A stretch of 62,938 bases of DNA, filler included, from Octopus bimaculoides (GCF_001194135.2; 5 parts of 4 records of this genome joined end to end with filler, not necessarily neighbours in it), one strand, 5' to 3'; shown: positions 48,160-61,900, counted from the first letter of the whole stretch. Notes: a model not told the origin generated them from the sequence alone. Translations and numbers: made by a program.

Positions 48160-48864
48160 GCACACACATGCACGTGCGCGCGCACACACTTCACACGCAT
48201 GCGTACTGGTAGATGCCTAGCTATCTATACCTCCTTTTTCATTAATCTTTCAGGTTTTCTCTCCAACTCAAAACCACTCATTAGGTCCGCTGCCTCCTCC
48301 TCCTCCTCCTTCCACTCCCCATCTGCAACCCTAGATCACTCTCTCCTCTTACGCCCTCTCTTTCTCTCGCTTCCTCTTCCTCTCTGCATGTTTTGTCATA
48401 TTGTAAAGCGCCGCGACTGCAACTCTTTACAATATTTTGCTCTTACATATCAATGAAAGATAGCAATTTGATAGGGATCTCTGACACAGCCATTAAGCTA
48501 CGACTGACAGCGACCCTGCCAATCACCAATCGCCAATCACTCACCCTCATTCCGCTTCTATCCCCCTCCCGTTTAGTTTTCCTCCTTTCCGCTATTTCCC
48601 GTCTTGGAAGAAACGTTTTTTTTTCTTGCTTTATTTTTGTTTTTATTTGTTGTTGTTGTTGCTTTTTTACTTTTATTTTTCCATCTCACAGCCGGAAAAA
48701 GAACTCTTCTGTCTCTTATTTGTGTATTTGTCACAATTATGTCTGCCCTTCCGCGTATCTTAATTTGACTAAATTATCTTGATAAACAAAAACCGATTGA
48801 AAGGTCGTGGAAGCGACGATAGACAGGGAATGCAAGAGGGACAGAGGGGAAAAGAAAAGAACTA

Positions 48865-48921
<57 letters not shown>

Positions 48922-49329
48922 CATTTATAAAGGGGACTATAAAACGCAGAAGAAGAGTGTGGAAAAGTGTATCAAATATTACGAGTAAGATTGAGGGGCA
49001 GAAAGACAGAATAGAAGGGAAGAAAATTGTTAAAGAAAAGTGAACGAGAGATTAAAAGACAGAGGGAGAGAGGGGCAGAGAGCCTGGGAGGTTGGGAGTA
49101 CTTGAAAGGGATTTATTGCGCTTTTATAGCCTACGGGCTAAGAAAGTGTTTCTTGAAATTTTGCACTTTTGTTTAGTTTAGGTCAAGCATCGATATTTTG
49201 TTGTATGCATACCTGAATGCATTGTTATTCGAATATGTGTATATATATTACTAGATGTGTGTTCATGTATGTATGTTTCCTGTCAAATAGTTTTATCTGA
49301 CGACGTGCTTCGAGATCCAATATTCCAAC

Positions 49330-49413
<84 letters not shown>

Positions 49414-49732
49414 ATGGGTTTCGATCACGGAGGTGTGAGTTCGAGTCTCATAGCTGGCCGCCTACACTTTTTTCTGCAAAATAGGGGTAGTTTATCCTGT
49501 TCAGGCTATATTATTAGCATTATCCTGCGTTTGAGAATTTAAAATCACTTCTTTAACTTTCTAAGACATCTCAACGCTTCGAAAAGCAAACTTCATTTGT
49601 TTGTTTACGTTCATCGTAATTTGAATTTAATAATAATGATATTTTATAAGCTTAAGGTTTATAAGCGACCACTGTGCATTGACTATGGTAAATAGTCTAA
49701 TAATGGGGCATACAAGCCTTCGACGGAAAAAA

Positions 49733-49852
49733 GGTAGGTTTTTCAGTACGCGTGGGCCTCAAGCCCCCATCTTTTTGTTTTCGAGACAAGTGTGCTAATC
49801 ATTTATACCGACGTACAACCTCGCTTCTTCCCGTCAGATTTAAGAACTATGA

Positions 49853-49855
<3 letters not shown>
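49733..49855 (-). mobile_element. Short repeat family E, copy 2
   Basis: Matches 47332-47453; both abut (CATA)n. Confidence 0.7.
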
Positions 49856-49883
<28 letters not shown>

Positions 49884-50927
49884 CATACATGCATACATAC
49901 ATACATACATAGTACATACATACATACATAAATACATACATATAGGCATTGTGATAACTTAGTAGAGAACTAAGATACGTTGGCTTCTAAATGAAGCGTT
50001 AGTCGAGTACAATTCGAGTACAGAACGGTAATAAGAAAAGAAGAAACAAAGGATAAGATATTGTGATAAAGTGAACGCTGGGTTTAATAACTACTTGTGT
50101 TTCGTTTCAGCTATGTTTTGCTTTCAATATATCAATGTGGTCTCTTCTACACAAAGACTGATCGATTGCTACCAGTGGTTTCATATATTTAGACACGTTG
50201 ATACGAAAATACTGGCCAGTAGGACGAAAGGTATTGTACAATTAGACAAATGTTAATTCGTATTGAAGTATATTGAGAATATTTATTTAGTCATGTCGCC
50301 ATACAACTTTAACATTCTCATACGTTTCATTTTCGATAGCAATTAATTGTAATGAAAACTGACGAGCATTACCGAAACTTATGTCCACTCTAAACCACGT
50401 GAACTCAAGATAGTTTTGTACACACCGCATCAATAGTTTCTTAGAATCAGTGTAGTTTTGGAGCGTTTATATATATATATATATAAGGTATAAGTTAGAG
50501 GTGTTTAAATCCTCTAAGGGATAGATGTATCCAGAAGCACTCCTGGTAATTACGTCAGTATGTATGGTCCTTAAGGTATAAGACAGCAGGTAATTTAACG
50601 GTAAACCGTAGTTTGATGTATATATAGACGATAAGAAAATGAAGAAATAAATAACAATTAGAAGTGGGTCTCTGGTGCTAAAAAGCAGCCTATATATATA
50701 TNNNNNNNNNNNNNNNNNNNNNNNNNNNNNNNNNNNNNNNNNNNNNNNNNNNNNNNNNNNNNNNNNNNNNNNNNNNNNNNNNNNNNNNNNNNNNNNNNNN
50801 NNNNNNNNNNNNNNNNNNNNNNNNNNNNNNNNNNNNNNNNNNNNNNNNNNNNNNNNNNNNNTATATATATATATATATATACGTATCTATGTATGCGTGT
50901 ATAATAAATAGCCTGCTAGCTAGCCAA

Positions 50928-50996
<69 letters not shown>

Positions 50997-51399
50997 CACA
51001 GATACATAGATGCAAAATGCTTAGTTTCATTGAAATATCGAGTGATAAAGATGCGGATGCGATCGGCGAAGAGAACCATAGAAATGGCTTGACAGACAAA
51101 GGAGCAGAGATAAATAGATGGCGCTATGTGTGTACGTGATCATTGGTTTACTAATCGGGTCAAACTGGCAGTGTTCGGTGTTGTCACAGTTGAGAGGTTA
51201 GCAAATGATGAGAATGGAGGCTTTAAAAACCTAACGAAATAGCAGCCCGACGACGACGACGACGACGGCTCGTTTATTAGGGTGGGGTGCTGGCTAAAAG
51301 ATGATACACACAAGTCGTTTAGCGATAAACACCTAAATGTGAAATGGGGCTTGTAAGAAATTGGAGATTAAGATGGCGTCCGTGGCGGCGTATATTGTT

Positions 51400-51843
51400 G
51401 TTGTTGTTATCGGTGGTGGTGGTGGTGGTGGTGTTGTCAGTGGTTGCGGTAGTGGCGTGATGGTTGAGGTAGTATTGTTTGACGGTTGAGGTTTTATTGG
51501 TGACTGTTGGTGGTGATGGAGGTGGCGCTGGCTGTGGTGTTGTTGGTAGTGGTGGTAGCGGTGTTGTTGGCGATAGTGTTGGTGTTGGTGGTGTTGGTAG
51601 TGGTAGTGAGTGTGTTGGTGGTAGTGGTGGTCATGACGGTGGTGATACTGTTGTTGTTGTCGTGGTGGCAGTGGTAATGCTGTTGTTGTTGTTGGTGGTG
51701 GTGATAGTGGTGGTGGCAATGACTGTGGTGGTGGTGGTGAACATAGTATTGGTAATGGCAATATTGTTTGTGTTGTTAGTGTTGCAGTTAGTGTCGGCGG
51801 AAGTAGTGGTGCACATAGTTTGCAGTGATAATAACTCTCGTTG

Positions 51844-51890
<47 letters not shown>

Positions 51891-52198
51891 GGTGGTGGTG
51901 ATAGTCGCTGTTGTAGTTCTTGTAGTAGTAGTAGGGAGTGGTACATCTGATATTGGTTATGGAACTGGGGTGGGGGTGATATTGATGTTGATCGGTGAAA
52001 ATAGGTTGTNNNNNNNNNNATAATGATGATGATGATGATGATGATAATGATGATGACAACGACAGTGTTGATGACGATGATGATAACAATGATGATGATG
52101 ATGATAACAATGATGATGATGATGATAACAATGGTGATGATGATGATAACAATGATGATGATGATGATAACAATGATGATGATGATGATGATGATGTA
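51400..52198. repeat. (GGT/GTT/GTA/GAT)n compound trinucleotide low-complexity tract
   Basis: Read directly. Confidence 0.9.
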
Positions 52199-52262
52199 AT
52201 ATACTACGGAGATGTACTTGCATAGCAAGTGACCTCATCTGAGATCCTGTGCTGAAACAAAA

Positions 52263-52539
52263 ACAATTGCAGCGTGGAAGGTGTTTATAAGCCATTAAAA
52301 AACACAAAAGCCATTAAATTTACTTCAACATTTACATTTAATTTGCCAAAATATTTTCGTCGCTTTGAAACCGCGACCTGTTCACTGACAAAATTCCGTG
52401 CTGCATTTTGTCAGTGAACAGGTCGCGGTCTCAAAGGGACGAAAATATTTTGGCAAATTAAATGTAAATGTTGAAGTGAAGAATCTAACGGTTTTTGTGT
52501 GTTTTTTAAATGGCTTATAAACACCTTCCACGATGCAAT

Positions 52540-52542
<3 letters not shown>
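52263..52542. repeat. ~280-bp near-perfect fold-back (arms about 132-138 bp, 10-nt loop 52395-52404)
   Basis: ACAATTGCAGCGTGGAAGGTG...TGACAAAAT / ATTTTGTCA...CACCTTCCACGATGCAATTGT. Confidence 0.92.
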
Positions 52543-52570
<28 letters not shown>

Positions 52571-52571
52571 G

Positions 52572-52698
52572 TACGAGGGAGCGCTGAAAAGTTCCTGGGT
52601 TTAAGAGTGTCGCAAAAGGCCTGGCTGGAGGCCTAATTTACCGAGTTCATTTACAGGGCTTAGAGAAAAGCTAAAGGACCGCTGCAATACGTGAGTGA
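52572..52698 (-). mobile_element. Mariner-like MITE, partial copy
   Basis: TA-CGAGGGAGCGCTGAAAAGTTCC terminus; body is the reverse complement of the 53637-53862 copy. Confidence 0.7.
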
Positions 52699-52839
52699 TT
52701 AAAGATTAGAGGGTCAATCTGCCCCTGTTTCTAGTAGATTTTCAGACCACATAACAAGCTCAAATGAAAAGTTGGGTTCTTGTGGACGAGAGTTATATTA
52801 ATGGTGTTGGTAGTGGTGTTGTTTAATGTTAACAATGTG

Positions 52840-53012
52840 TACGGAGGGTGCTTTGGGTAAAAGAAAGCACAAAAGGTTCAGTTAATTATGATTTCATTCA
52901 ACATATTCCCTTCTCTTAGAAAAACTGAAGGACCGCTGCAATAAGTGTGTGAATCTCCAACCAAGCGTTTCGCGATATCCTTAAACCAAGAACTTTTCAG
53001 TACATCCTCAAT
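52840..53012 (+). mobile_element. Mariner-like MITE copy with internal inversion and deletion
   Basis: Colinear with 53637-53862 except for the inverted segment 52915-52956. Confidence 0.7.
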
Positions 53013-53053
53013 ATATATACACACATGCATACATACAAACACGCACACACACA

Positions 53054-53107
<54 letters not shown>

Positions 53108-53636
53108 NNNNNNNNNNNNNNNNNNNNNNNNNNNNNNNNNNNNNNNNNNNNNNNNNNNNNNNNNNNNNNNNNNNNNNNNNNNNNNNNNNNNNNNNNNNNN
53201 NNNNNNNNNNNNNNNNNNNNNNNNNNNNNNNNNNNNNNNNNNNNNNNNNNNNNNNNNNNNNNNNNNNNNNNNNNNNNNNNNNNNNNNNNNNNNNNNNNNN
53301 NNNNNNNNNNNNNNNNNNNNNNNNNNNNNNNNNNNNNNNNNNNNNNNNNNNNNNNNNNNNNNNNNNNNNNNNNNNNNNNNNNNNNNNNNNNNNNNNNNNN
53401 NNNNNNNNNNNNNNNNNNNNNNNNNNNNNNNNNNNNNNNNNNNNNNNNNNNNNNNNNNNNNNNNNNNNNNNNNNNNNNNNNNNNNNNNNNNNNNNNNNNN
53501 NNNNNNNNNNNNNNNNNNNNNNNNNNNNNNNNNNNNNNNNNNNNNNNNNNNNNNNNNNNNNNNNNNNNNNNNNNNNNNNNNNNNNNNNNNNNNNNNNNNN
53601 NNNNNNNNNNNNNNNNNNNNNNTATATATACATGCA

Positions 53637-53862
53637 TACGGAGGGTGGGGTGCTGAAAAGTTCCCTTCTTTGGGTAATAAAAAACACAGGAAGATCACTT
53701 AATTATGATTTTATTAAAGACATTCCCTTCTCAGATTCATACACTTATTGCAGCAGCCCTTCAGTTTTTCTAAGCCTTGTAAAAGAACTCGGACGGTTGG
53801 GCCTCCAACCAGGCCTTTCGAGATGCCTTTAAACCCAGGAACTTTTCCCCACCACCTCATAT
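53637..53862 (+). mobile_element. Mariner-like MITE, near complete
   Basis: Imperfect TIRs GGTGCTGAAAAGTTCC / GGAACTTTTCCCCACC with TA at both ends. Confidence 0.75.
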
Positions 53863-54319
53863 AGTGTTGTTGCTGTTGTTGTGCTGATAGTATCGCTGGG
53901 TTTGTCACGGCGGTGGAACCGAATCTTAACGGTGGCACTCGGTTCGTAGAGGTTTTATGACTGCAAGTAACGGATGAAGATTGCGGCAGCCATGTTGGAT
54001 ACACATTTATTAATGTTCTTGTTAATGCTGTTGTTTTTGTTGTCGTTAATGTGGGGATTATGTTGATGGTTGACAGTATGAAGACTATAAAACTGAGTGT
54101 GTGTGTGTGGAGGGGATGTGTAAGGGGAGGTAAGTTAGGAATTGCCACATGAAATGCCATGGGAGAGCAATAGCTTTCTTTCGCTTTCTCTTTCTCTATC
54201 TCTGTCCTCTTTTACTTCTATTCTTCTATTCTGTCTCTATCTATCTATCTATCTATCTATCTTTATCATCTCTTTATTTCGCTTTCTCCTTCTCGGTCAA
54301 ACTATAACATTAAAAACTA

Positions 54320-54540
54320 ACAACAACAATAACAATAATAGCCAATAACAATAGCGACAGTAATAACAATAATAATGATATTAACAATAATAATAATAAC
54401 AACAACAACAACAATAATAATAATGATAACATTAACAACACCAACAATTATAATAATGATAATAATAATAATAATAATAACAACGACGACGACAACGACG
54501 ACGATGATGATGTTGATGATGATGATGATGATGACGATGG

Positions 54541-54574
<34 letters not shown>

Positions 54575-54725
54575 AGTGATGATGATGGTGATGATGGTGA
54601 TGATGATGATGGTGATGATGATGACGATAATGATGATGATGATGACGGCACCGTGGATGGCAACATCGACAACGATGGTGATAATGATGATGACGATGAT
54701 GATGACGATAATGATGATGACGATG
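54320..54725. repeat. (AAT/AAC/GAT)n compound microsatellite
   Basis: Read directly. Confidence 0.92.
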
Positions 54726-55234
54726 NNNNNNNNNNNNNNNNNNNNNNNNNNNNNNNNNNNNNNNNNNNNTTAATTAATTAANNNNNNNNNNNNNNNNNNN
54801 NNNNNNNNNNNNNNNNNNNNNNNNNGATAGATAGATAGATAGATAAATTAATGGGTGCACAAATTATATATATATATTATATATATATATATATACACAC
54901 AAGATATTGTGAGCGCAAACAGGCTAAAAATTTGTTTCGTATATCACATAAATTTCAGACGATCTCACCAAGTTACATAAAATGAAGCTCACACACGCAA
55001 TATCAACCCAGTTTTCAGTGAGCTAACATAAAGATAATTTTAATAACGATAATAATAACAAGAATAAGAATATACTTTTATGAGTATTGATTATAATAAT
55101 TCACTAATCATTTATTTCCAGCGACTGCTACTAATAATCAGTACGCTATCATATGAAACAGTATTGTTAAAAAATCCAGCACAGGATGTATATACAAATA
55201 AGTAAAATTTAATATACAAATAGGAAGTACTCCG

Positions 55235-55301
<67 letters not shown>

Positions 55302-58005
55302 NNNNNNNNNNNNNNNNNNNNNNNNNNNNNNNNNNNNNNNNNNNNNNNNNNNNNNNNNNNNNNNNNNNNNNNNNNNNNNNNNNNNNNNNNNNNNNNNNNN
55401 NNNNNNNNNNNNNNNNNNNNNNNNNNNNNNNNNNNNNNNNNNNNNNNNNNNNNNNNNNNNNNNNNNNNNNNNNNNNNNNNNNNNNNNNNNNNNNNNNNNN
55501 NNNNNNNNNNNNNNNNNNNNNNNNNNNNNNNNNNNNNNNNNNNNNNNNNNNNNNNNNNNNNNNNNNNNNNNNNNNNNNNNNNNNNNNNNNNNNNNNNNNN
55601 NNNNNNNNNNNNNNNNNNNNNNNNNNNNNNNNNNNNNNNNNNNNNNNNNNNNNNNNNNNNNNNNNNNNNNNNNNNNNNNNNNNNNNNNNNNNNNNNNNNN
55701 NNNNNNNNNNNNNNNNNNNNNNNNNNNNNNNNNNNNNNNNNNNNNNNNNNNNNNNNNNNNNNNNNNNNNNNNNNNNNNNNNNNNNNNNNNNNNNNNNNNN
55801 NNNNNNNNNNNNNNNNNNNNNNNNNNNNNNNNNNNNNNNNNNNNNNNNNNNNNNNNNNNNNNNNNNNNNNNNNNNNNNNNNNNNNNNNNNNNNNNNNNNN
55901 NNNNNNNNNNNNNNNNNNNNNNNNNNNNNNNNNNNNNNNNNNNNNNNNNNNNNNNNNNNNNNNNNNNNNNNNNNNNNNNNNNNNNNNNNNNNNNNNNNNN
56001 NNNNNNNNNNNNNNNNNNNNNNNNNNNNNNNNNNNNNNNNNNNNNNNNNNNNNNNNNNNNNNNNNNNNNNNNNNNNNNNNNNNNNNNNNNNNNNNNNNNN
56101 NNNNNNNNNNNNNNNNNNNNNNNNNNNNNNNNNNNNNNNNNNNNNNNNNNNNNNNNNNNNNNNNNNNNNNNNNNNNNNNNNNNNNNNNNNNNNNNNNNNN
56201 NNNNNNNNNNNNNNNNNNNNNNNNNNNNNNNNNNNNNNNNNNNNNNNNNNNNNNNNNNNNNNNNNNNNNNNNNNNNNNNNTATATATATATATATATTTA
56301 TGTACATAGATATATTACACTCTCTAAGAAAAATTTATAGACATCATCATATTAGTTGCCTAACAATAGTATTTGAACAGAACAGTAAACAGTAACACCC
56401 ATAGCTATAACAACATGAATGACTTCATCAAAATTTACAACAACAGCAACAGCAACAATAACATACATAATAATAACGGCGGCAACATTCAATAATAGTG
56501 GATATTTCATAAGAAATTATTACTTCTGCGGATACAAGACTCAGAAGTGTCGGATATGAGACATTATTCTTTCATTCAATGAAACAGCTACTAAAATGAT
56601 ACAATATAGATGTTATGGAAGCACTATAGGTCTTATACTGAGTTCAATTTGAATATCTGTATATCATTGCTACACAGTATGCATTATATAGTTTCGCTAT
56701 CGTTTCTCTCCACTGTGACTTCACAAGGATTACCCACTGTCTGAGAGTTAAAATTCTATTCTACAAACAAAATACGTACACACACGCACACAAATGCATA
56801 CGCGCAGACACAAGATAGGCCTGTAATCATACAGACATGTTCAAGCTTCTTACAGCTTTTCGAAAGTAAAATGTAAAGGCGGGAAGGATATATACTGAAA
56901 TCTGTCACCTAGTTGACACATGCTGAGAACCAAATAGGGATTAGATAGAAAAAGCCACCACGCTACTCTAAACATGCATTGGCATACATGTGCGTGAGTG
57001 CGTAGATGAGAGAGTGTGTGTGTGGTTGTGTGTGGTTGTGTATGCGTGCGTTGAGGAAGATAGATTGGTTAGATATTTAAATAGATAAGAGCACCCACAT
57101 ACAAACACACTCACAGACACACACACACGNNNNNNNNNNNNNNNNNNNNNNNNNNNNNNNNNNNNNNNNNNNNNNNNNNNNNNNNNNNNNNNNNNNNNNN
57201 NNNNNNNNNNNNNNNNNNNNNNNNNNNNNNNNNNNNNNNNNNNNNNNNNNNNNNNNNNNNNNNNNNNNNNNNNNNNNNNNNNNNNNNNNNNNNNNNNNNN
57301 NNNNNNNNNNNNNNNNNNNNNNNNNNNNNNNNNNNNNNNNNNNNNNNNNNNNNNNNNNNNNNNNNNNNNNNNNNNNNNNNNNNNNNNNNNNNNNNNNNNN
57401 NNNNNNNNNNNNNNNNNNNNNNNNNNNNNNNNNNNNNNNNNNNNNNNNNNNNNNNNNNNNNNNNNNNNNNNNNNNNNNNNNNNNNNNNNNNNNNNNNNNN
57501 NNNNNNNNNNNNNNNNNNNNNNNNNNNNNNNNNNNNNNNNNNNNNNNNNNNNNNNNNNNNNNNNNNNNNNNNNNNNNNNNNNNNNNNNNNNNNNNNNNNN
57601 NNNNNNNNNNNNNNNNNNNNNNNNNNNNNNNNNNNNNNNNNNNNNNNNNNNNNNNNNNNNNNNNNNNNNNNNNNNNNNNNNNNNNNNNNNNNNNNNNNNN
57701 NNNNNNNNNNNNNNNNNNNNNNNNNNNNNNNNNNNNNNNNNNNNNNNNNNNNNNNNNNNNNNNNNNNNNNNNNNNNNNNNNNNNNNNNNNNNNNNNNNNN
57801 NNNNNNNNNNNNNNNNNNNNNNNNNNNNNNNNNNNNNNNNNNNNNNNNNNNNNNNNNNNNNNNNNNNNNNNNNNNNNNNNNNNNNNNNNNNNNNNNNNNN
57901 NNNNNNNNNNNNNNNNNNNNNNNNNNNNNNNNNNNNNNNNNNNNNNNNNNNNNNNNNNNNNNNNNNNNNNNNNNNNNNNNNNNNNNNNNNNNNNNNNNNN
58001 NNNNN

Positions 58006-58037
<32 letters not shown>

Positions 58038-58134
58038 AACACACGTACAGAGAAAAACACACACGCGTGCACGAAGACAGATTCACAAAGGCTCACGGCT
58101 CACACACACACATACATAGATATAGAGACAGAAA

Positions 58135-58157
58135 GATAGATAAATAGATAGATAGAG

Positions 58158-58235
<78 letters not shown>
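58135..58235. repeat. (GATA)n microsatellite
   Basis: Read directly. Confidence 0.95.
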
Positions 58236-58236
<1 letters not shown>

Positions 58237-58539
58237 AGTAGATGAATAGATGCACAAAATAATCCAATAGCCTACTACATTATAAACGTGTGTGTATTTA
58301 TAAATGTATATATGCATACATTTATGCATATGTATGGTTCAAATATATGTGCGTATAAATTTATATGAGTGGATATATAATTTTGAAATACATAAACACA
58401 CAGAGATGAATATGTGAATGTATATATATATATNNNNNNNNNNNNNNNNNNNNNNNNNNNNNNNNNNNNNNNNNNNNTTAATTAATTAANNNNNNNNNNN
58501 NNNNNNNNNNNNNNNNNNNNNNNNNNNNNNNNNATAATG

Positions 58540-58930
58540 GTTTCAAATGATGGCACAAAGCCAGTCAGGGTAAAGGGTAATTTTATTTCATTGATCCTGA
58601 AAGAATGAAAGATAAAGTCGACCTCAGCGGCATTTGAAACCAAAACGTAAAGAACCAGAAGAAATGCCTCTAAGCATTTTTATCCGGCGTGCTAACGATT
58701 CTGTCAGTTCGCGGCCTTTATTTTAAAGTAATATTGGTTTCAAATTTTGGCACAAGGCCAGCAATTTCGGGAAGCAAGTCAATTACATCGATCCCAGTAC
58801 TCGAATGGTACTTAATTTATCGATCCCGAAAGGATGAAAGGCAAAGTCGACCTCAGAGGCACTTAACCTCAGAACGTAAAGACGGACGAAATGCCGCTAA
58901 ACGTTCTGCCTGGTGTGCTAACATTCCCAG
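58540..58930 (+). mobile_element. Two head-to-tail family C copies
   Basis: ATAATGGTTTCAAA..GGCACAA..GAAAG.ATGAAAG..AAAGTCGACCTCAG module occurs twice (about 58535 and 58730). Confidence 0.8.
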
Positions 58931-61900
58931 GTGCAATGAAAACGCATGAGAGAAAACGTGTATGATTTGAACACAAAGCATTGGCATAACGCAGCTGAAG
59001 GGAAGAAGAAATATCTTTGGACAGTTTAGTGCGGAACTCATGTGTTTCTGACATTTAATAAGGGTATGTGGGTGAGGGTATCTTCGCTAACAAGCAGCAT
59101 TAATTAACTGTTGTCAGTATACCTACACGACTAACAAGCAATGTAAATTATAAAGCGCAAGTCGGTTATGTCGATGCATAATTATTGCGTAGACAGAAAG
59201 TTTCTACTTGACTTGCTAACGTAAACACACAAGAAGCTAGTTTATAATTATCCGGCTTGAATTGCAGGGTCTCTTTTAATACACTATGAATCTAATAATA
59301 TACGGAATGATTTATATATTTGCATCGTGTATATAGTGAATATTAGCGTCGTTAGTTTTGGTTGTCTCTTTGACATGTACGTTTTGAAGATGAGCGTCGT
59401 TGGTTCTGCAGTTTCCAACGAGCCAACCAGTCACTGGTTCACTGCATTCCTCGATACCGACAGCGACGAGGAAGTGTCTATGCTAGTTGTGCGGAATAAA
59501 TACCACAAAGTATTTTTCATCGACGCACTGGTTTATCGCATTTCTTACCACGTGTATATCTTGCACTGAAACACATAGATACACTCACGCATATATATAT
59601 CTATATACTTACACGCACGTATATGTATGAATATGTACGTACGTGTATACATACATATTCATATACACACGCTCATACATACATACATACATACATACAT
59701 ACATACATACAAACAAGCAAAATTACCGTTTTATCTTTTTAAAGTTATTTCGTGTAAAAATTGTCGTATTATGAGTATTTTTTAGATCNNNNNNNNNNNN
59801 NNNNNNNNNNNNNNNNNNNNNNNNNNNNNNNNNNNNNNNNNNNNNNNNNNNNNNNNNNNNNNNNNNNNNNNNNNNNNNNNNNNNNNNNNNNNNNNNNNNN
59901 NNNNNNNNNNNNNNNNNNNNNNNNNNNNNNNNNNNNNNNNNNNNNNNNNNNNNNNNNNNNNNNNNNNNNNNNNNNNNNNNNNNNNNNNNNNNNNNNNNNN
60001 NNNNNNNNNNNNNNNNNNNNNNNNNNNNNNNNNNNNNNNNNNNNNNNNNNNNNNNNNNNNNNNNNNNNNNNNNNNNNNNNNNNNNNNNNNNNNNNNNNNN
60101 NNNNNNNNNNNNNNNNNNNNNNNNNNNNNNNNNNNNNNNNNNNNNNNNNNNNNNNNNNNNNNNNNNNNNNNNNNNNNNNNNNNNNNNNNNNNNNNNNNNN
60201 NNNNNNNNNNNNNNNNNNNNNNNNNNNNNNNNNNNNNNNNNNNNNNNNNNNNNNNNNNNNNNNNNNNNNNNNNNNNNNNNNNNNNNNNNNNNNNNNNNNN
60301 NNNNNNNNNNNNNNNNNNNNNNNNNNNNNNNNNNNNNNNNNNNNNNNNNNNNNNNNNNNNNNNNNNNNNNNNNNNNNNNNNNNNNNNNNNNNNNNNNNNN
60401 NNNNNNNNNNNNNNNNNNNNNNNNNNNNNNNNNNNNGTTCTATAAGACAAAATATACAAGTATACAAAGTTTTAAAGTGTTTCGGTAGAAAACACACTAA
60501 ATAAAACATCAATAAAAAATGGTGCCCGCCAAATCAGAAAGATCACTTTTTCTTCATGCTATTGATCCCGGAGATCAGAATAGTTTATAATCCAGAAGGA
60601 TCATAAACAAAGTTCATTCTGACGGAATTTGAACTCAGTACGCTTATGACCCTGTTTGAATAATATAACGCATTTCCTCCGACACTTTACCGCCTCTGCC
60701 AAATTTACCGCCAAAAATACAACAACAACAATAACAATGTCGCAACAGCAACAACAACAAGAAGATAACAGACAATTTTACAAGAGACAGTCTATCGGAA
60801 GATGTATTTTTAGTAAAGCGATATTGATAACATTTCGCACGCTGATTGGTTAAAATTGTGTTTTACGTATCACTTGTTTCACCCTACCTCCTCCTCCTCT
60901 CATTGGTCCTTCATCCGTATAATTACGTAAGAGACGCTTTATAACTAGCTTGTAACAAGAGCAGAAATTTAGTCTCGTTTACGTTTATCGTCTGAATGTT
61001 TGCATGTATGTATGTATGTATGTATGTATGTATGGCTGGCTGGATGAATGGATGAATGTATGTATGGATGGATAGATGTACGTATGTATGTTAGTATAGT
61101 TGTATGTATTATATGTGTATGGATGAATAGATGAATGTACGTATGTCTGTCAGTAGGTTGTATGTATGTGTGTGTGTATATATATATGTATGTGTGTGGG
61201 TGGGTATATGCATGTGTGTGTATGTACATTTATATGTATGTATATATCAATGATATATGGATGTATGCAAGTATATATCTATCTATGTATCTATATATGT
61301 TCATATATGTATGCATGTCTGTAGGTTTGNNNNNNNNNNNNNNNNNNNNNNNNNNNNNNNNNNNNNNNNNNNNNNNNNNNNNNNNNNNNNNNNNNNNNNN
61401 NNNNNNNNNNNNNNNNNNNNNNNNNNNNNNNNNNNNNNNNNNNNNNNNNNNNNNNNNNNNNNNNNNNNNNNNNNNNNNNNNNNNNNNNNNNNNNNNNNNN
61501 NNNNNNNNNNNNNNNNNNNNNNNNNNNNNNNNNNNNNNNNNNNNNNNNNNNNNNNNNNNNNNNNNNNNNNNNNNNNNNNNNNNNNNNNNNNNNNNNNNNN
61601 NNNNNNNNNNNNNNNNNNNNNNNNNNNNNNNNNNNNNNNNNNNNNNNNNNNNNNNNNNNNNNNNNNNNNNNNNNNNNNNNNNNNNNNNNNNNNNNNNNNN
61701 NNNNNNNNNNNNNNNNNNNNNNNNNNNNNNNNNNNNNNNNNNNNNNNNNNNNNNNNNNNNNNNNNNNNNNNNNNNNNNNNNNNNNNNNNNNNNNNNNNNN
61801 NNNNNNNNNNNNNNNNNNNNNNNNNNNNNNNNNNNNNNNNNNNNNNNNNNNNNNNNNNNNNNNNNNNNNNNNNNNNNNNNNNNNNNNNNNNNNNNNNNNN

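Noticed and set aside
50359-50385. CTGACGA-GCATTACC-GAAAC-TTAT-GTC hammerhead-like string
   Set aside because: Core boxes and GUC are present, but helix II is about 1 bp and the flanks cannot form helix I. At most a dead remnant or chance.
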